A DNA stretch of 64,000 bases from Candidatus Hydrogenedentota bacterium (GTDB lineage: Bacteria; Hydrogenedentota; Hydrogenedentia; Hydrogenedentales; SLHB01), in contig CAXXYE010000009.1 of assembly GCA_963674865.2 (NCBI GenBank), positions 1,952,001 through 2,016,000 on the forward strand, given 5' to 3'. A program made the translations under genes and the position numbers. The notes under the pieces were generated by a model. The model did no database searches, was not told the DNA's origin, and saw only the letters and a program-made list of their open reading frames with translations. Each line of letters opens with the position of its first letter. Within the stretch, counting starts at the first letter, position 1. Below are positions 30,820 to 41,394 of the stretch, piece after piece.

Positions 30820-31085
30820 ATTCCCGAGCCGCGGGAGGCTACGAAGAAGCCGCCTATCCCATGGACGACGTTTGCCCCCGCCCACTTGGACTCGATGGTG
30901 AGCAGCGATCTCTTCAACAAGCCTATGTTCACGCTCGGAGGAATCCGCAGGGCTTGTTTTCTCGTGTTCATTGATCTCGGAAGCCGGACAGTGTTTCATA
31001 GTCCAAGCGCCTATCATCCCGATTCCAAGTGGGTGATGCAACAAGCGCGTACCGCCTCGATGTGGATAGAAAACGAGGGTGTTCG
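30820..31085 (+). pseudogene. Integrase-core-domain transposase fragment
   Basis: PWTTFAPAHLDSMVSSDLF...TLGG...FLVFIDLGSRTV...HPDSKWVMQQAR resembles the WxxFL..H..DFF..SR.V..HP..W..QQARN pattern; no intact start or end. Confidence 0.65.
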
Positions 31086-31087
31086 AC

Positions 31088-31230
31088 GTCGAGTACGCGA
31101 CCACATTGAGCTTTCGGGAACGCTATGCGCAGCATTTCTTGATGATTCTGAGTACTATTGAAGCTTCTTTGAGCTTTTTCGGAATAACCTGTAGGTTCAG
31201 TGCTAGCAACGCGTAAGAATGAATGCGAAC
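31088..31230 (-). repeat. Eroded IS 5'-end relic homologous to 41200-41330
   Basis: TACGCGAC...GATGAT...ATTGAAGCTT...CTGTAxGTTCA...TAGCAAxGCGTA is collinear with the 41.2 kb copy. Confidence 0.65.
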
Positions 31231-31400
31231 GGCCCCGGGCACACCCATGTGGGAAATCTCGGTTATCCCCAAGGCACTCGTCGCGGCGCTCGAACGACAC
31301 TTGGGCTATGGCCTCCGCAGCCATGCGGCGGAATTCGCGGCGGGGACACGGTGTTTCGTTACCATGGTAGAATGAATTCGAACAGAGGAGGCCTGCTACC

Positions 31401-31970
31401 ATGAGGAGACTGCGTTGGGCATCTCAGAGCATTTCCTTGGGAGCTATAGCACTGGTCCTCGTCCTGACGGGCGGGGCCCTGAGTGGCTGTCCGTCGCCGC
31501 CGCAGACCGTAACGTTCGTTGACTTGGAGCGCTACATGGGCCTGTGGTATCAAGTCGCTGGCTACTCCTTTTTCCCGACGCGGAATTTGGTGGGCGTGAC
31601 GGCTGAGTATACTCTTCAGGAAGACGGAACGGTGCGGGTGGTGAACCGTGGTTTCGATGGAGGCTTCGACGGGCCGGAAGAGGTCATCGAGGGCACCGCG
31701 CGCGTCGTAGACACGACGACAAATGCCAAACTCGAAGTGATATTCCCCTCCATCCTCGCGGGGCTCTTGAAGGGCGAGTACTGGATTATTGCTCTCGACG
31801 ATGTCGACTACAGCTACGCCGTCGTATCGGACTCGCGGCGCGCCACGCTCTTTGTCCTCAGCCGTACTCCCGTCATGGCGCCTAGCGTGCTCGATGCCAT
31901 CATCGAGGACCTCGTCGCCCGCGGCTACAACCGGAATCGCATCGTCGATTTCCCCCAGCTTGCTGAGTAG
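31401..31970 (+). CDS. Lipocalin-family lipoprotein (Blc-like)
   Basis: GAGGAGG RBS; lipobox LSGC; VDLERYMGLWYQVA, GEYWII, LFVLSRTP. Confidence 0.9.
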   Translation: MRRLRWASQSISLGAIALVLVLTGGALSGCPSPPQTVTFVDLERYMGLWYQVAGYSFFPTRNLVGVTAEYTLQEDGTVRVVNRGFDGGFDGPEEVIEGTARVVDTTTNAKLEVIFPSILAGLLKGEYWIIALDDVDYSYAVVSDSRRATLFVLSRTPVMAPSVLDAIIEDLVARGYNRNRIVDFPQLAE

Positions 31971-32871
31971 AACGAAGTTAGCTTCAATTCCGCAATGTTC
32001 GAAGCGCGTTGGAAAAGCCCGTTGTGCCTCGCACTCGCAAATATCCGATCCTGGAGGATTCATAAGTTGCTGATTCGCGTCAAACAACAACTGAGTCGTC
32101 GGGGCCTAAATTAACCATCCTCCCGTCGCTGTTACGTGCACAGTTCAACCATCCACCTGTGGGGACGGGGTTCGAGGCTATGCCCTTGATATGTCAGCAT
32201 TTGAAAGGCTTGGGGCAAGGGCAGTCGACTTGCGGACTAGACGAGTCACAAGGTTTACAGGCACAAGGCGTTGTTGCCAACCCAAGTGTCGGATTGAGGA
32301 AGCAACCCGCACTCGCCCCACCAATTCCGGACGGTCGAGGGACATAATATCAGCATAACGTAAGTGCCCCGAGTAACAAGTCTTTGTGCTGATAAGACGT
32401 CTCGATTGTGGGATTGCCCTCTGCCCCAGTTCAGGCATGAGCACCGGCCAATGCCTTATCTTCGCCCTCAGCCGAAGTGGAACACGCGGAGCCCGTGGCC
32501 GTTACGTCGAGGAAAGGGTGATTGACTTGTCAGAAGCTGCGATGCCGCTCAACTCGGGCGCAGGGACAGGAGGACGGTCACAAGCTACGTAGGTCGAGCC
32601 CAGAACAGACGAAGCCCCGTCGAGCATGGAATAGGCATGATCGCAATGAGGCCGGCTAGCGTGAATGGCGCCCATTCCTAGCATAGAAGTAGCCTAACGT
32701 CTTGCGCAATGCCGATTGTTCGGTTTTGCAAACCCTTATTGCGTAATAACTTACAGGGGTTGTCTGTGTGGGGCGGACGGCTGCCATGCCAACTCTATTG
32801 CTGTTGACGACATTAGCAGGCACGAATACAATGGCCGACAAGAAACCTGCCGCGAGCGTAGGCCAGCTCAT

Positions 32872-35800
32872 ATGGGAAACACGAGAAAGAACGGCATTAT
32901 GGATTTTGGCATCGACCGCATCTTTGAAGTTGCTCCGTGGACAGTCGCAGAAACCTCTTTTGACGCGGCGCGAAATGAAGCCAGCGAATCGATCTTTTCG
33001 CTGGCCAACGGATACATGGGGGCTCGAGGGGCATTCGACGAAGGTTTTGACGGCCCTTCGATGGAAGGCTGCTACATCGCCGGTGTGTATGTCAAAGAGA
33101 AGCAGGTGTACAACTGGAAACGCAAATGCATGCCGGATTACGGCAATTTTATGACGCATGCCACCAACTGGCTGCGAACGTTCATCACTGTCGGCGATGA
33201 ACGTCTCGATATGGCGCATTCCGTGATTCAGGATTACCGGCGCGAATTGGACATGCGAAACGGCCTGTTGACGCGCAGGCTGACATTCCGCACCGGCGCG
33301 GGACACTTGACGGAACTCTGCTGGGAGCGTTTCATCAGCCACGACGACCGCCATCTGGCCGCCACCCGAGTGACGGTTAAGGCGCTCAACCATGACCAGC
33401 CGGTACAGATTGAATTCCTGCTGGACGCCCAAAAGGAAAACACCTACCACGGCAATCTTTGCAGGCACGGCGTCACCGTGCGCCGGGCGGCCGGCCCGGA
33501 CGGTATCGAACTGGTGCGCCGCATCGAAACCACGGGCCATCATTACAGCCATCGTATGTCGCTGCGCAGCAGCGAAGCGGACTTGCTCAAGAACGCCGCG
33601 TATCTCAACGAAGAGAACGAGGTAGGCTGCCGTGTCGCGTTTACGCCCGTCGCGGGGAGAGAATACACATTCGACAGAATTGTCTCCGTTTGGACTAGCC
33701 GCGAGGCGGGCTATCCCTTCGGATTGATTCCGAAGAGCAGCGATTCAGTCAAGGCGGACCCAGGGCTTTGCGAGCGGATGCTCAACTTTCTGAAAGACAA
33801 GAGCAGCGCCCATTGTGATTCTTACAAGGACCTGTCTTATGCCGAGTTGAAAGAGAGGCACATCGCCACAATACATGCGACGTGGGATCGTCTGGACATC
33901 GAGATTGATGGGGACGATTTATCCCAGCAGGGCGTCCGGTACTGTATCTTCCAGTTGTTCAACACCTATCAGGGCCAGGATCCGTATTTGAATATCGGGG
34001 CCAAGGGAATGACAGGCGAATGGTATTTCGGCCGGTATTTCTGGGACAGCGAGGCGTATTGTCTGCCCTATTATCTATTTACCGACCCGTCCTCAGCGCG
34101 GCGGCTCTTGGAATACCGATATAATACGCTGGACAAGGCGCGGGAACGCGCCCGCCAATTCAATCTCAAAGGCGCCTGGTACCCCTGGCAAACCATTGAC
34201 GGAAGCGAAGATCTCGGATATTGGGAGTACTCCTTCGGCGAGGTGCACATCAACGGCATCATTCCCTATGCCATATACAACTACACGCGCACCACCGGCG
34301 ACACCTCGTACCTGTATGAGAAGGGCTTGGAAGTCCTCATCGAACAGAGCCGCTTCTGGGCCAGCCGCGTCTCGTACATTCCATGCCGCAGCGGCTACGG
34401 CGTGCTGAAATGCATGGGCCCGGACGAATACCAGCAGGTGGTAGATAACAACTACTATACCAACTACATCGCCCAGTGGACGCTGCGGTATACGATCGCA
34501 TCGATTGAGGGTGCTCGGAAAAACGCCCCCGAGGACGCTGCGCGCATTCTGAAGAAGGTCGAGTTCGACGACACAGAAAGCGGGCTCTGGCAAGAGATCG
34601 CCGACATGATGCTCCTGCCTTATGACGAAAAGCTGGGTATTTTTGTGCAAGACGACTCGTTCCTATCGCTCGAGCCGTCCTTCCGGGAGCACCTGAGCAA
34701 AGAAAACGACATTCCTCTAGAAAAATATTGGACGATCGATCGTTTCCAACGGTGCGATCTCATTAAGCAGGCCGACGTGCTGATGATGCTGTTTCTGTTC
34801 CGCGATGTATTCAGCGTCGAACAAACTGCCAGCAACTACCAGTTCTACGAACAACGCACCATACACGGCTCGTCGTTGTCTCCATCTGTCCATTCCATTC
34901 TGGCCGCTCGAATCGCACGCTATCATCAGGCGTACCAATACTATCTCTGGGCGTCCCGCGTTGATTTGGACGATTACAATAACAACGTCTACGAGGGCCT
35001 ACACATTTCGTCAATGGCCGGGACCTGGATGAATATCGTGTTCGGATTCGGCGGCGTGGTGGTGGAGGACGACGCCCTCGCGCTCAATCCGCACCTGCCG
35101 TGTCCTTGGAAGAGTCTCTCGTTCAAGATTCACTTCCGCAACCGACTTGTCGAGGTGAAGATGGCCGAAGACAGCACGATGTGCCGCCTAATCCCGGAAG
35201 GAGACGGGGACGAGGCGGAACCGCTGAAGGTAAAGATTGGCGGTGCCGAGACATTGATTTCGCAAACGCCGGTGGCTGTCCCGGCTGCGCCGCGACCGCA
35301 ACAAGATTTCGAGGCGGTTGTCTTCGATTTGGACGGCGTGATTTGCGATACGGCCCACTATCATTACAAGGCTTGGAAGACGTTGGCTGACGAGCACGGC
35401 ATATACTTTGATTCCCGCATCAACGAGCGCCTGAAAGGCGTTTCCCGGATGGACTCTCTGAACATCGTGCTTGAAAAGAGTGCAAAGACGTATTCGCCGG
35501 CCGAGAAAGAAGCGATGGCCGATACCAAGAACCGGCTCTACCGGGAAATGCTCAAGGAGATCGCGCCAGATAATCTGCTGCCCGGTATAGAGGCATTCTT
35601 GAAGGGATTGAGAGACGACGGAATCAAGACAGCCCTGTACTCGGCCAGCAGGAACACGGACACGATCCTTGAGCGCCTTGGCATCCGAGACTTGTTCGAT
35701 GAAGTCATTACAGGAAATGATGTGGCAAGGAACAAGCCCGATCCCCAGGGATTCCTGATGGCGGCCGAGCGGCTTGGTGTCCAACCGTCTGCATGCGTCG

Positions 35801-35952
35801 GCGTTGAAGACGCCTTTGCAGGCATTCAGGCCGCAGCCAGTGCGGGCATGAAGACCATCGGGATCGGCTACAAGAGCGACCTCTATAACGCCGACTACGT
35901 TTTGTCCTCAACCGCCTATCTGACAAAGGACAAACTCGAAATGCTGTTTTAG
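32872..35952 (+). CDS. GH65 disaccharide phosphorylase fused to C-terminal beta-phosphoglucomutase (start 32872 or 32899)
   Basis: ESIFSLANGYMGARG, NIGAKGMTGE, YFWDSE, GPDEY, IKQADV, HGSSLSPSVH; HAD domain FDLDGVICDTA, KGVSR, SASRN, KPDP, GVEDAFAG. Confidence 0.92.
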   Translation: MGNTRKNGIMDFGIDRIFEVAPWTVAETSFDAARNEASESIFSLANGYMGARGAFDEGFDGPSMEGCYIAGVYVKEKQVYNWKRKCMPDYGNFMTHATNWLRTFITVGDERLDMAHSVIQDYRRELDMRNGLLTRRLTFRTGAGHLTELCWERFISHDDRHLAATRVTVKALNHDQPVQIEFLLDAQKENTYHGNLCRHGVTVRRAAGPDGIELVRRIETTGHHYSHRMSLRSSEADLLKNAAYLNEENEVGCRVAFTPVAGREYTFDRIVSVWTSREAGYPFGLIPKSSDSVKADPGLCERMLNFLKDKSSAHCDSYKDLSYAELKERHIATIHATWDRLDIEIDGDDLSQQGVRYCIFQLFNTYQGQDPYLNIGAKGMTGEWYFGRYFWDSEAYCLPYYLFTDPSSARRLLEYRYNTLDKARERARQFNLKGAWYPWQTIDGSEDLGYWEYSFGEVHINGIIPYAIYNYTRTTGDTSYLYEKGLEVLIEQSRFWASRVSYIPCRSGYGVLKCMGPDEYQQVVDNNYYTNYIAQWTLRYTIASIEGARKNAPEDAARILKKVEFDDTESGLWQEIADMMLLPYDEKLGIFVQDDSFLSLEPSFREHLSKENDIPLEKYWTIDRFQRCDLIKQADVLMMLFLFRDVFSVEQTASNYQFYEQRTIHGSSLSPSVHSILAARIARYHQAYQYYLWASRVDLDDYNNNVYEGLHISSMAGTWMNIVFGFGGVVVEDDALALNPHLPCPWKSLSFKIHFRNRLVEVKMAEDSTMCRLIPEGDGDEAEPLKVKIGGAETLISQTPVAVPAAPRPQQDFEAVVFDLDGVICDTAHYHYKAWKTLADEHGIYFDSRINERLKGVSRMDSLNIVLEKSAKTYSPAEKEAMADTKNRLYREMLKEIAPDNLLPGIEAFLKGLRDDGIKTALYSASRNTDTILERLGIRDLFDEVITGNDVARNKPDPQGFLMAAERLGVQPSACVGVEDAFAGIQAAASAGMKTIGIGYKSDLYNADYVLSSTAYLTKDKLEMLF

Positions 35953-36140
35953 GCGCGGTTCTGTGTCGGCAGGCAAAGTGGGGTTGCCCTGTTTTGTCGG
36001 ACACGTGAGGGACAATAGAATATGGGAAAGGAGGCCCGAACGTGGCACGACGGCAGTAGAAGTCCCATCGAGGTGACGATGATTGGACTTGGCGGTTTCT
36101 TCAATTGCCTAGCGGGCCAGTTTTCGAAGAAACGTCAATT

Positions 36141-36245
36141 CTAAGGTATCGTTGCATAATGGCGACTTTGATGACGGCGAGGAAGTTGATAGCGCGTTCT
36201 TCGAGACGGGTGGCGATGCCGCGGCGTTCTTTGATCGATCTGATA
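36141..36245. mobile_element. Possible IS5-family terminal relic
   Basis: CTAAGG followed by a reading DDGEEVDSAFFETGGDAAAFF. This resembles the conserved non-transposase flank of some IS5 elements as I recall it. Confidence 0.3.
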
Positions 36246-36259
36246 AGGGGACTCTACTC

Positions 36260-38336
36260 TTGAAGGTTTTGCTGACAATAATTTCCATGGCCCTCATCCG
36301 GTGTTTCTACCCAGCTGCGCCACGACCCCTTTGCCTCCAGAAGCGGCGGGAGTGTCCCAGTTGCGAGTGGCAACGGTGTTTTCAGACAACATGGTGTTGC
36401 AGCGCGACATGCCCGTGAAACTGTGGGGATGGGCTCTGCCTGAAACAGCGGTTTCCGTGAGCCTAAACGGCCACTCAGTGACGGTTATGCCGAATACTGA
36501 CGGTGAATGGGAGGCGGCATTACCCACTATGTCGGCGGGTGGTCCATATACGCTTGGCGTGTCGCAGGGAGATGACGCAATCACCTTAGAAAATGTGATG
36601 ATGGGCGATGTATGGGTGTGCTCAGGACAATCCAACATGGTCTGGCCTGTGGATTCGGGGATTCTAGGCGTCGATAATGCAGAAGAAGAACGTGCGAATG
36701 CCGACTGGCCAAGTATTCGCCTCTTAGCGGTAACGCCATCTGGAAGCGATACACCATTGGAAGAAGCGGATGTGCGGGGATGGAATGTATGCGGGCCGAA
36801 AACGGTTGGCCAGTTCTCCGCAGTCGCGTATTTCTTTGGACGTGACCTTCATAAGCGGATTGGCATCCCGATTGGTTTGATCCAATCTTCTTACGGTGGC
36901 ACAACCGCCGAGGCATGGGTGAGTGAAGCCGGACTTCGCAGGCTGCCGCATTGTGCCGCTTTTCTGGACGCTTTAGAGAGGGATCCGGCCATTCGTTCGG
37001 AGGTTGCGGATTCTTTCAAGAACCATTTTACTTCCTGGAAAGATCTGTTGAACGACTCGGATGCCGGACATGCGGACGGGCAACCAATATGGGCGGCGTT
37101 CGAACTGGATGATACGGACTGGGACACCATCCCATTGCCTTCGTATTGGGAGGATGCCGGATATCCTGATTTGGATGGTTTGATGTGGTTTCGGCGGGAT
37201 GTGGAACTTGATCCTGCTGTAGCTGATACGGAGTTGCGGCTGCACCTATGCGACATCAACGACCGTATTCAAATATGGTTCAACGGAGTACCTATCGTCG
37301 AATGGGCTCTGAATGAACAACCTGCTGGGGGATTCGTCATTCCACCGAATTGGTGCGCCCGGGCAAGAACGTGATTACGATTCGTATCTATGACATGGGA
37401 AACAAAGGCGGCTTCTTCGGCGAAGCATCCGACTTATGGTTACGAATCGGAACAGGAGAGGATGGCCCCACCATTTCCTTGGCCGGCGATTGGAAATGCC
37501 GTCCAGGCTTCTATATGGACAAGAGAACATTCCCGGAATTGCCACGCCCTAGCTTGTTGGCGCCGGGTAATCCGAACTTTCCATGCAATAAGTACAACGC
37601 GATGTTGGCGCCACTGACACAGCTCGCCATCAAGGGAGCAGTGTGGTATCAAGGTGAAGCAAACGCGAGACGCGCCTATGAATATCGCTCGCTATTGCCG
37701 GCTTTGATCACCGACTGGCGTGATCAGTGGGGACAAGGCGACTTCCCATTTTTGACTGTCCAACTGCCCAATTTCGGGACTGATCTGGATGAACCAGGAG
37801 ATGCCGCATGGGCGGAGATGCGCGAAGCTCAGATGATGGCCCTCGAGCTACCCAATACCGGCCTGGCAATCACCATTGATTTGGGTGATCCAAGAGACAT
37901 TCATCCCACGAATAAACAAGATGTGGGTGCGCGCTTAGCACTGGTGGCACGGCATGTTGCCTATGGTGAAAAGATCACCTATACCGGTCCAGCCTTTGCC
38001 CGTTCGACGATTGAAGACAATCGCATACGAGTGCATTTCACCCAAACCGGCGGCGGATTGGTCGTCAAGGGCGATGGCCTCTTGAAAGGGTTTGCCATCG
38101 CAGGAGAGAACCGTGAATTTGTCTGGGCCGATGCCGTCATTGACGGCGATGACGTGGTCGTTTCGAGTACGCTGGCTCCTCGACCCGTTGCCGTGCGATA
38201 CGCCTGGGCCAACAATCCCACATGCAATCTTTACAACACGGAAGGGCTGCCGGCGTCGACATTTCGAACCGATGACTGGCCGGGCCTCACGAAGGGCAGA
38301 ATACTCAGGCTCCCGGAAATCGCCGCGGCGAAATAG
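36260..38336 (+). pseudogene. Sialate O-acetylesterase (SASA/SGNH) lipoprotein with two apparent frameshifts
   Basis: FSDNMVLQR, GDVWVCSGQSNM, FSAVAYFFG, YGGT.AEAW in 36301-37374, then IKGAVWYQGE, VQLPNF, DIHPTNKQ, VRYAW in 37350-38336. The frame changes near 37348 and again near 36299 within the signal peptide. Confidence 0.85.
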
Positions 38337-38450
38337 AAGCCAGCCAATTACAGAGGCCTGCAAACACGCAACGATATTGGGCAGATTTGCTAAGTTCCCG
38401 ATGGAGAAGACTCCATACTCTCCCATGACCTTCTCCATAGTCATTGTTCA

Positions 38451-41012
38451 TTAGTCTCTAGCATAACCTTCCGGCCCGATTCGTTTTTCAGGGATCGGTT
38501 TGAACCCAAGGGCGAAGGCGGGTGAATCGGGTCTAAGTTCATACTGCGTGAGAGCATTCGATACAAATCCGGGATCAGCTACAATGGAATGTGCATCAAG
38601 CCCCGCTTTCAGCCAATTATCAAAGCTACCTTCAGGGGTAATGTCTCGATCCGTTGCGGCGATTTCGGGATCTCCATAGCACCAGAGAAGGTTATAGTCA
38701 CATTCTTTGAATAGGGTTGGTTGCCATAGGCGTGTGGAAGATTTCCAAATGCGTTGTTCCGAATCCTGATACGCGATGATGTTGTTCTTGAAGGTAATAT
38801 CCATCATGAACTCGTCACGAGGTTGCAGCCGGAGTTGCTCAAACGAGGCGTTCAAGAATATGTTGTTTTCGACACGGTTGTTGCGGCCCCCATGGATGCA
38901 TATCCCTCCAAACTCGGTTCCATCGACAATGTTCCCATACACGGTGGTGCCACTGCTGTAATCATCGAGATAGATGCCCCACGTAAAGTAGGGACTCTTG
39001 ATCTCACCTTCTGGCGAGGTATTCATGCCTACAACATTACGGATTAGATTGTACCGGATAATGTTGCCGCTATCTTCCTCATCACGGCCAAGTGTTTCGA
39101 TGGCTCCGGTATCGCAGGTCTCAAGGTTGGTGTCTATGAGTTCGTTGAACTCGACAAGGTTATGGTGTGAATACGAGTCGATGTCATACGACTTTGTGGA
39201 AATGCCGTATCGCGGGGTGCGCTGGATGCGATTGTGGACAATGCGGTTGCCGCTGCCGGTGGTGACATAGACTCCTCCCACATGTTTATAGATGAGCCCA
39301 ATGTCCATAATGGTGTTCGCCGCGACGAGATTGTCATGCGCCTGGGTTTCGGTGTCGCCCACCATGATCACCCCCCCTTGGCCTAGGTTGTTCATGGTGT
39401 TGTGCGCAATGGTATTGCCATAACTTTTCTGCTCGATAAGCGCAGCATACCCTCCCAAACGGGTAAAAGTGTTGTCCTTCACAACACAATGCCGTGCTTT
39501 ACTTAAGCGGATGGCGGCATCGGCTGGTCTATAGGTCTGGCCAAAGGTATAGGTAGAATCCATAAACGTCAGATCTTGAAAATGGATGTGCTCGGTATAG
39601 GCATCGTCCGTTCCTTTCAGCACTACAAGTCGATCCAGCATGGGCGCGACAACATCCACATCGGGAAAATTATCTTCCATAGGCCAATAGAGGATTTGTC
39701 CCATCTCCGAATCGATGTACCATTCTCCCGGAGTATCCAATGCAGCACGCGTCCCTGCGATAAAGAAGCGATTCCCAGAACGAATATCAAGCGGACTATC
39801 AACGAGCAGGGATGATCGGTCCTTGTCTGTGCCGAGAATGGGGAGAATGGTGTTGACCCATCCCATCGCGGGGAAGATGTATAAACTTGCGCCTTCCCAG
39901 CAATCCCAATCCGGAAACGCATCAGACTCCATAATAAGTCGATCTCTCGTGACTATTGGATTCGAGATGCCAACGGCAATATCGTTACCAGAGGCTCTTG
40001 AACATGTTTCGGCCTGAATAAGAATGGCGTGCTTGCCTGCGCCCGGTGCTTCAAGCGTATGTTCCCCGGTACTATCAATGTGCACAGCGTAATCCGGACG
40101 CCAATCGGACTCGTCGCACAGAATGAACGCATCAAGATACGCTGCGCCTCCACCAGCGTTTCGCCAATAAAGTGTTTGTTTTCCCGCCGGAATTTGTAGC
40201 GTGGCAGAATGCCCCCAACGCGTGTTGATATATCCCGCCGCTCCTGTGTAAGGCATATCGGTAAGTGGGGCCTTAGCTCCACCCACCACCCCAAACACCG
40301 TTTGATTATCCATGGTCCATTTGTATTCATCTTTCATCAAATGACCGTAATACACCCAGACGGCGTACTCGTCATCAACGGGGATATCGACCTCCCATTC
40401 AAGGCAATCCCCAATGGTATCGATCTGATTCACACCAACGCCAAATACACCGCCTTCCTTTGGGGGAATTGTCTGTGCCGCGAACGCCCACCCTCCCTTG
40501 CGCGGGTGTTCCGGATCGAAGTTTGGCTCGCGGGCCTTAACGGCCCATTCATCCCCTACACGAAGCGTGCTAAAACACCAATCATCTTGCTGAATATCTA
40601 GAAGGTCCGTGGCCCAAAGCGTGTCATCCAATTTGCGCCAACCAGCGAGGGGATGCCCGCCACTTAGCACCGCACGTTCTTCCGGAAACGAAGCAAAGGT
40701 GACAGGACAATCTTCCGTTCCAGATTCCTCTGGTGTAAGTAGGAGTGGTTTGGACAGATAATAGGTGCCTTCGCGAAGAAGAACCCGAACGGGTTGTTGA
40801 GATTTGGCGGCCTGGCTCTGCTTGAGCTTACGCAATGCCTCGATCGCCCGTCCAACCGTAGCGAATGGCTCATCCTTTGTTCCTGACCACTGGTCGTTTC
40901 CATGGGGCGAGACATAATACGTCCGCTCTTTGTTCTCCGCTCCAAGACCTCCAACAGAACTCATCAGCACGATCATAGAGATGATTAGTCGCACAGTTGT
41001 TTTCCTTGCCAC
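38451..41012 (-). CDS. Secreted right-handed parallel beta-helix protein (GH141-like) with an inserted CBM-like domain
   Basis: YYVSPHGNDQWSG..PFAT, VLLREGTYYL, LSGG, ALDTPGEWY, DTGAIETLG, GIYLDDYSSG..VYGNI, HGGRNN.VENNIF, ADPGF...LRPDSPA..LGFKPI. Confidence 0.85.
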   Translation of the reverse strand: MARKTTVRLIISMIVLMSSVGGLGAENKERTYYVSPHGNDQWSGTKDEPFATVGRAIEALRKLKQSQAAKSQQPVRVLLREGTYYLSKPLLLTPEESGTEDCPVTFASFPEERAVLSGGHPLAGWRKLDDTLWATDLLDIQQDDWCFSTLRVGDEWAVKAREPNFDPEHPRKGGWAFAAQTIPPKEGGVFGVGVNQIDTIGDCLEWEVDIPVDDEYAVWVYYGHLMKDEYKWTMDNQTVFGVVGGAKAPLTDMPYTGAAGYINTRWGHSATLQIPAGKQTLYWRNAGGGAAYLDAFILCDESDWRPDYAVHIDSTGEHTLEAPGAGKHAILIQAETCSRASGNDIAVGISNPIVTRDRLIMESDAFPDWDCWEGASLYIFPAMGWVNTILPILGTDKDRSSLLVDSPLDIRSGNRFFIAGTRAALDTPGEWYIDSEMGQILYWPMEDNFPDVDVVAPMLDRLVVLKGTDDAYTEHIHFQDLTFMDSTYTFGQTYRPADAAIRLSKARHCVVKDNTFTRLGGYAALIEQKSYGNTIAHNTMNNLGQGGVIMVGDTETQAHDNLVAANTIMDIGLIYKHVGGVYVTTGSGNRIVHNRIQRTPRYGISTKSYDIDSYSHHNLVEFNELIDTNLETCDTGAIETLGRDEEDSGNIIRYNLIRNVVGMNTSPEGEIKSPYFTWGIYLDDYSSGTTVYGNIVDGTEFGGICIHGGRNNRVENNIFLNASFEQLRLQPRDEFMMDITFKNNIIAYQDSEQRIWKSSTRLWQPTLFKECDYNLLWCYGDPEIAATDRDITPEGSFDNWLKAGLDAHSIVADPGFVSNALTQYELRPDSPAFALGFKPIPEKRIGPEGYARD

Positions 41013-41119
41013 TTTGCATGGAATTCATTCTTTCGAGAGGATTTGATACTGACTGTCAGGAATAGTGGCGCCATCGTTGGCCGCAAAGACAGATGCGGGA
41101 CGCCACGCCCCAGCCTAGC

Positions 41120-41330
41120 CGGTCTCTCTTTGATGCGCGGCCGAACCAGGCAGCGCTTCAAAACGACGAGTTCTTGGCGAGGAGCAAGATTCTTAGCCCT
41201 CAAATACGCGACAATATTCAGTCTTCGAACAGTCCAACGAAAGCCGTTTCTGATGATATCGAGCATCATTGAAGCTTACTCGGCAGATGCTGTAAGTTCA
41301 ACGGTAGCAATGCGTACGGGTAAGTGCGAG
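41120..41330 (-). pseudogene. 5' relic of integrase-core-type IS transposase
   Basis: MMLDIIRNGFRWTVRRLNIVAYLRAKNLAPRQELVVLKR...RPRI resembles the ENLALRQQLxVLKR..RPRL N-terminus; truncated. Confidence 0.6.
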
Positions 41331-41394
41331 GCACGCCCCTCCGGCATCGGCGCGCCCTGCTGCCGCGGGCCTGACTGGAAGCAAAAAGAAAACC

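Noticed and set aside
32335..32366. dif/Xer-like site (GGGACATAATATCAGCATAACGTAAGT)
   Set aside because: The right arm departs too far from the XerD consensus to support a call.
31975..32700. Short ORFs in the gap between the lipocalin and GH65 genes
   Set aside because: No recognisable motifs or RBS; probably decayed sequence.
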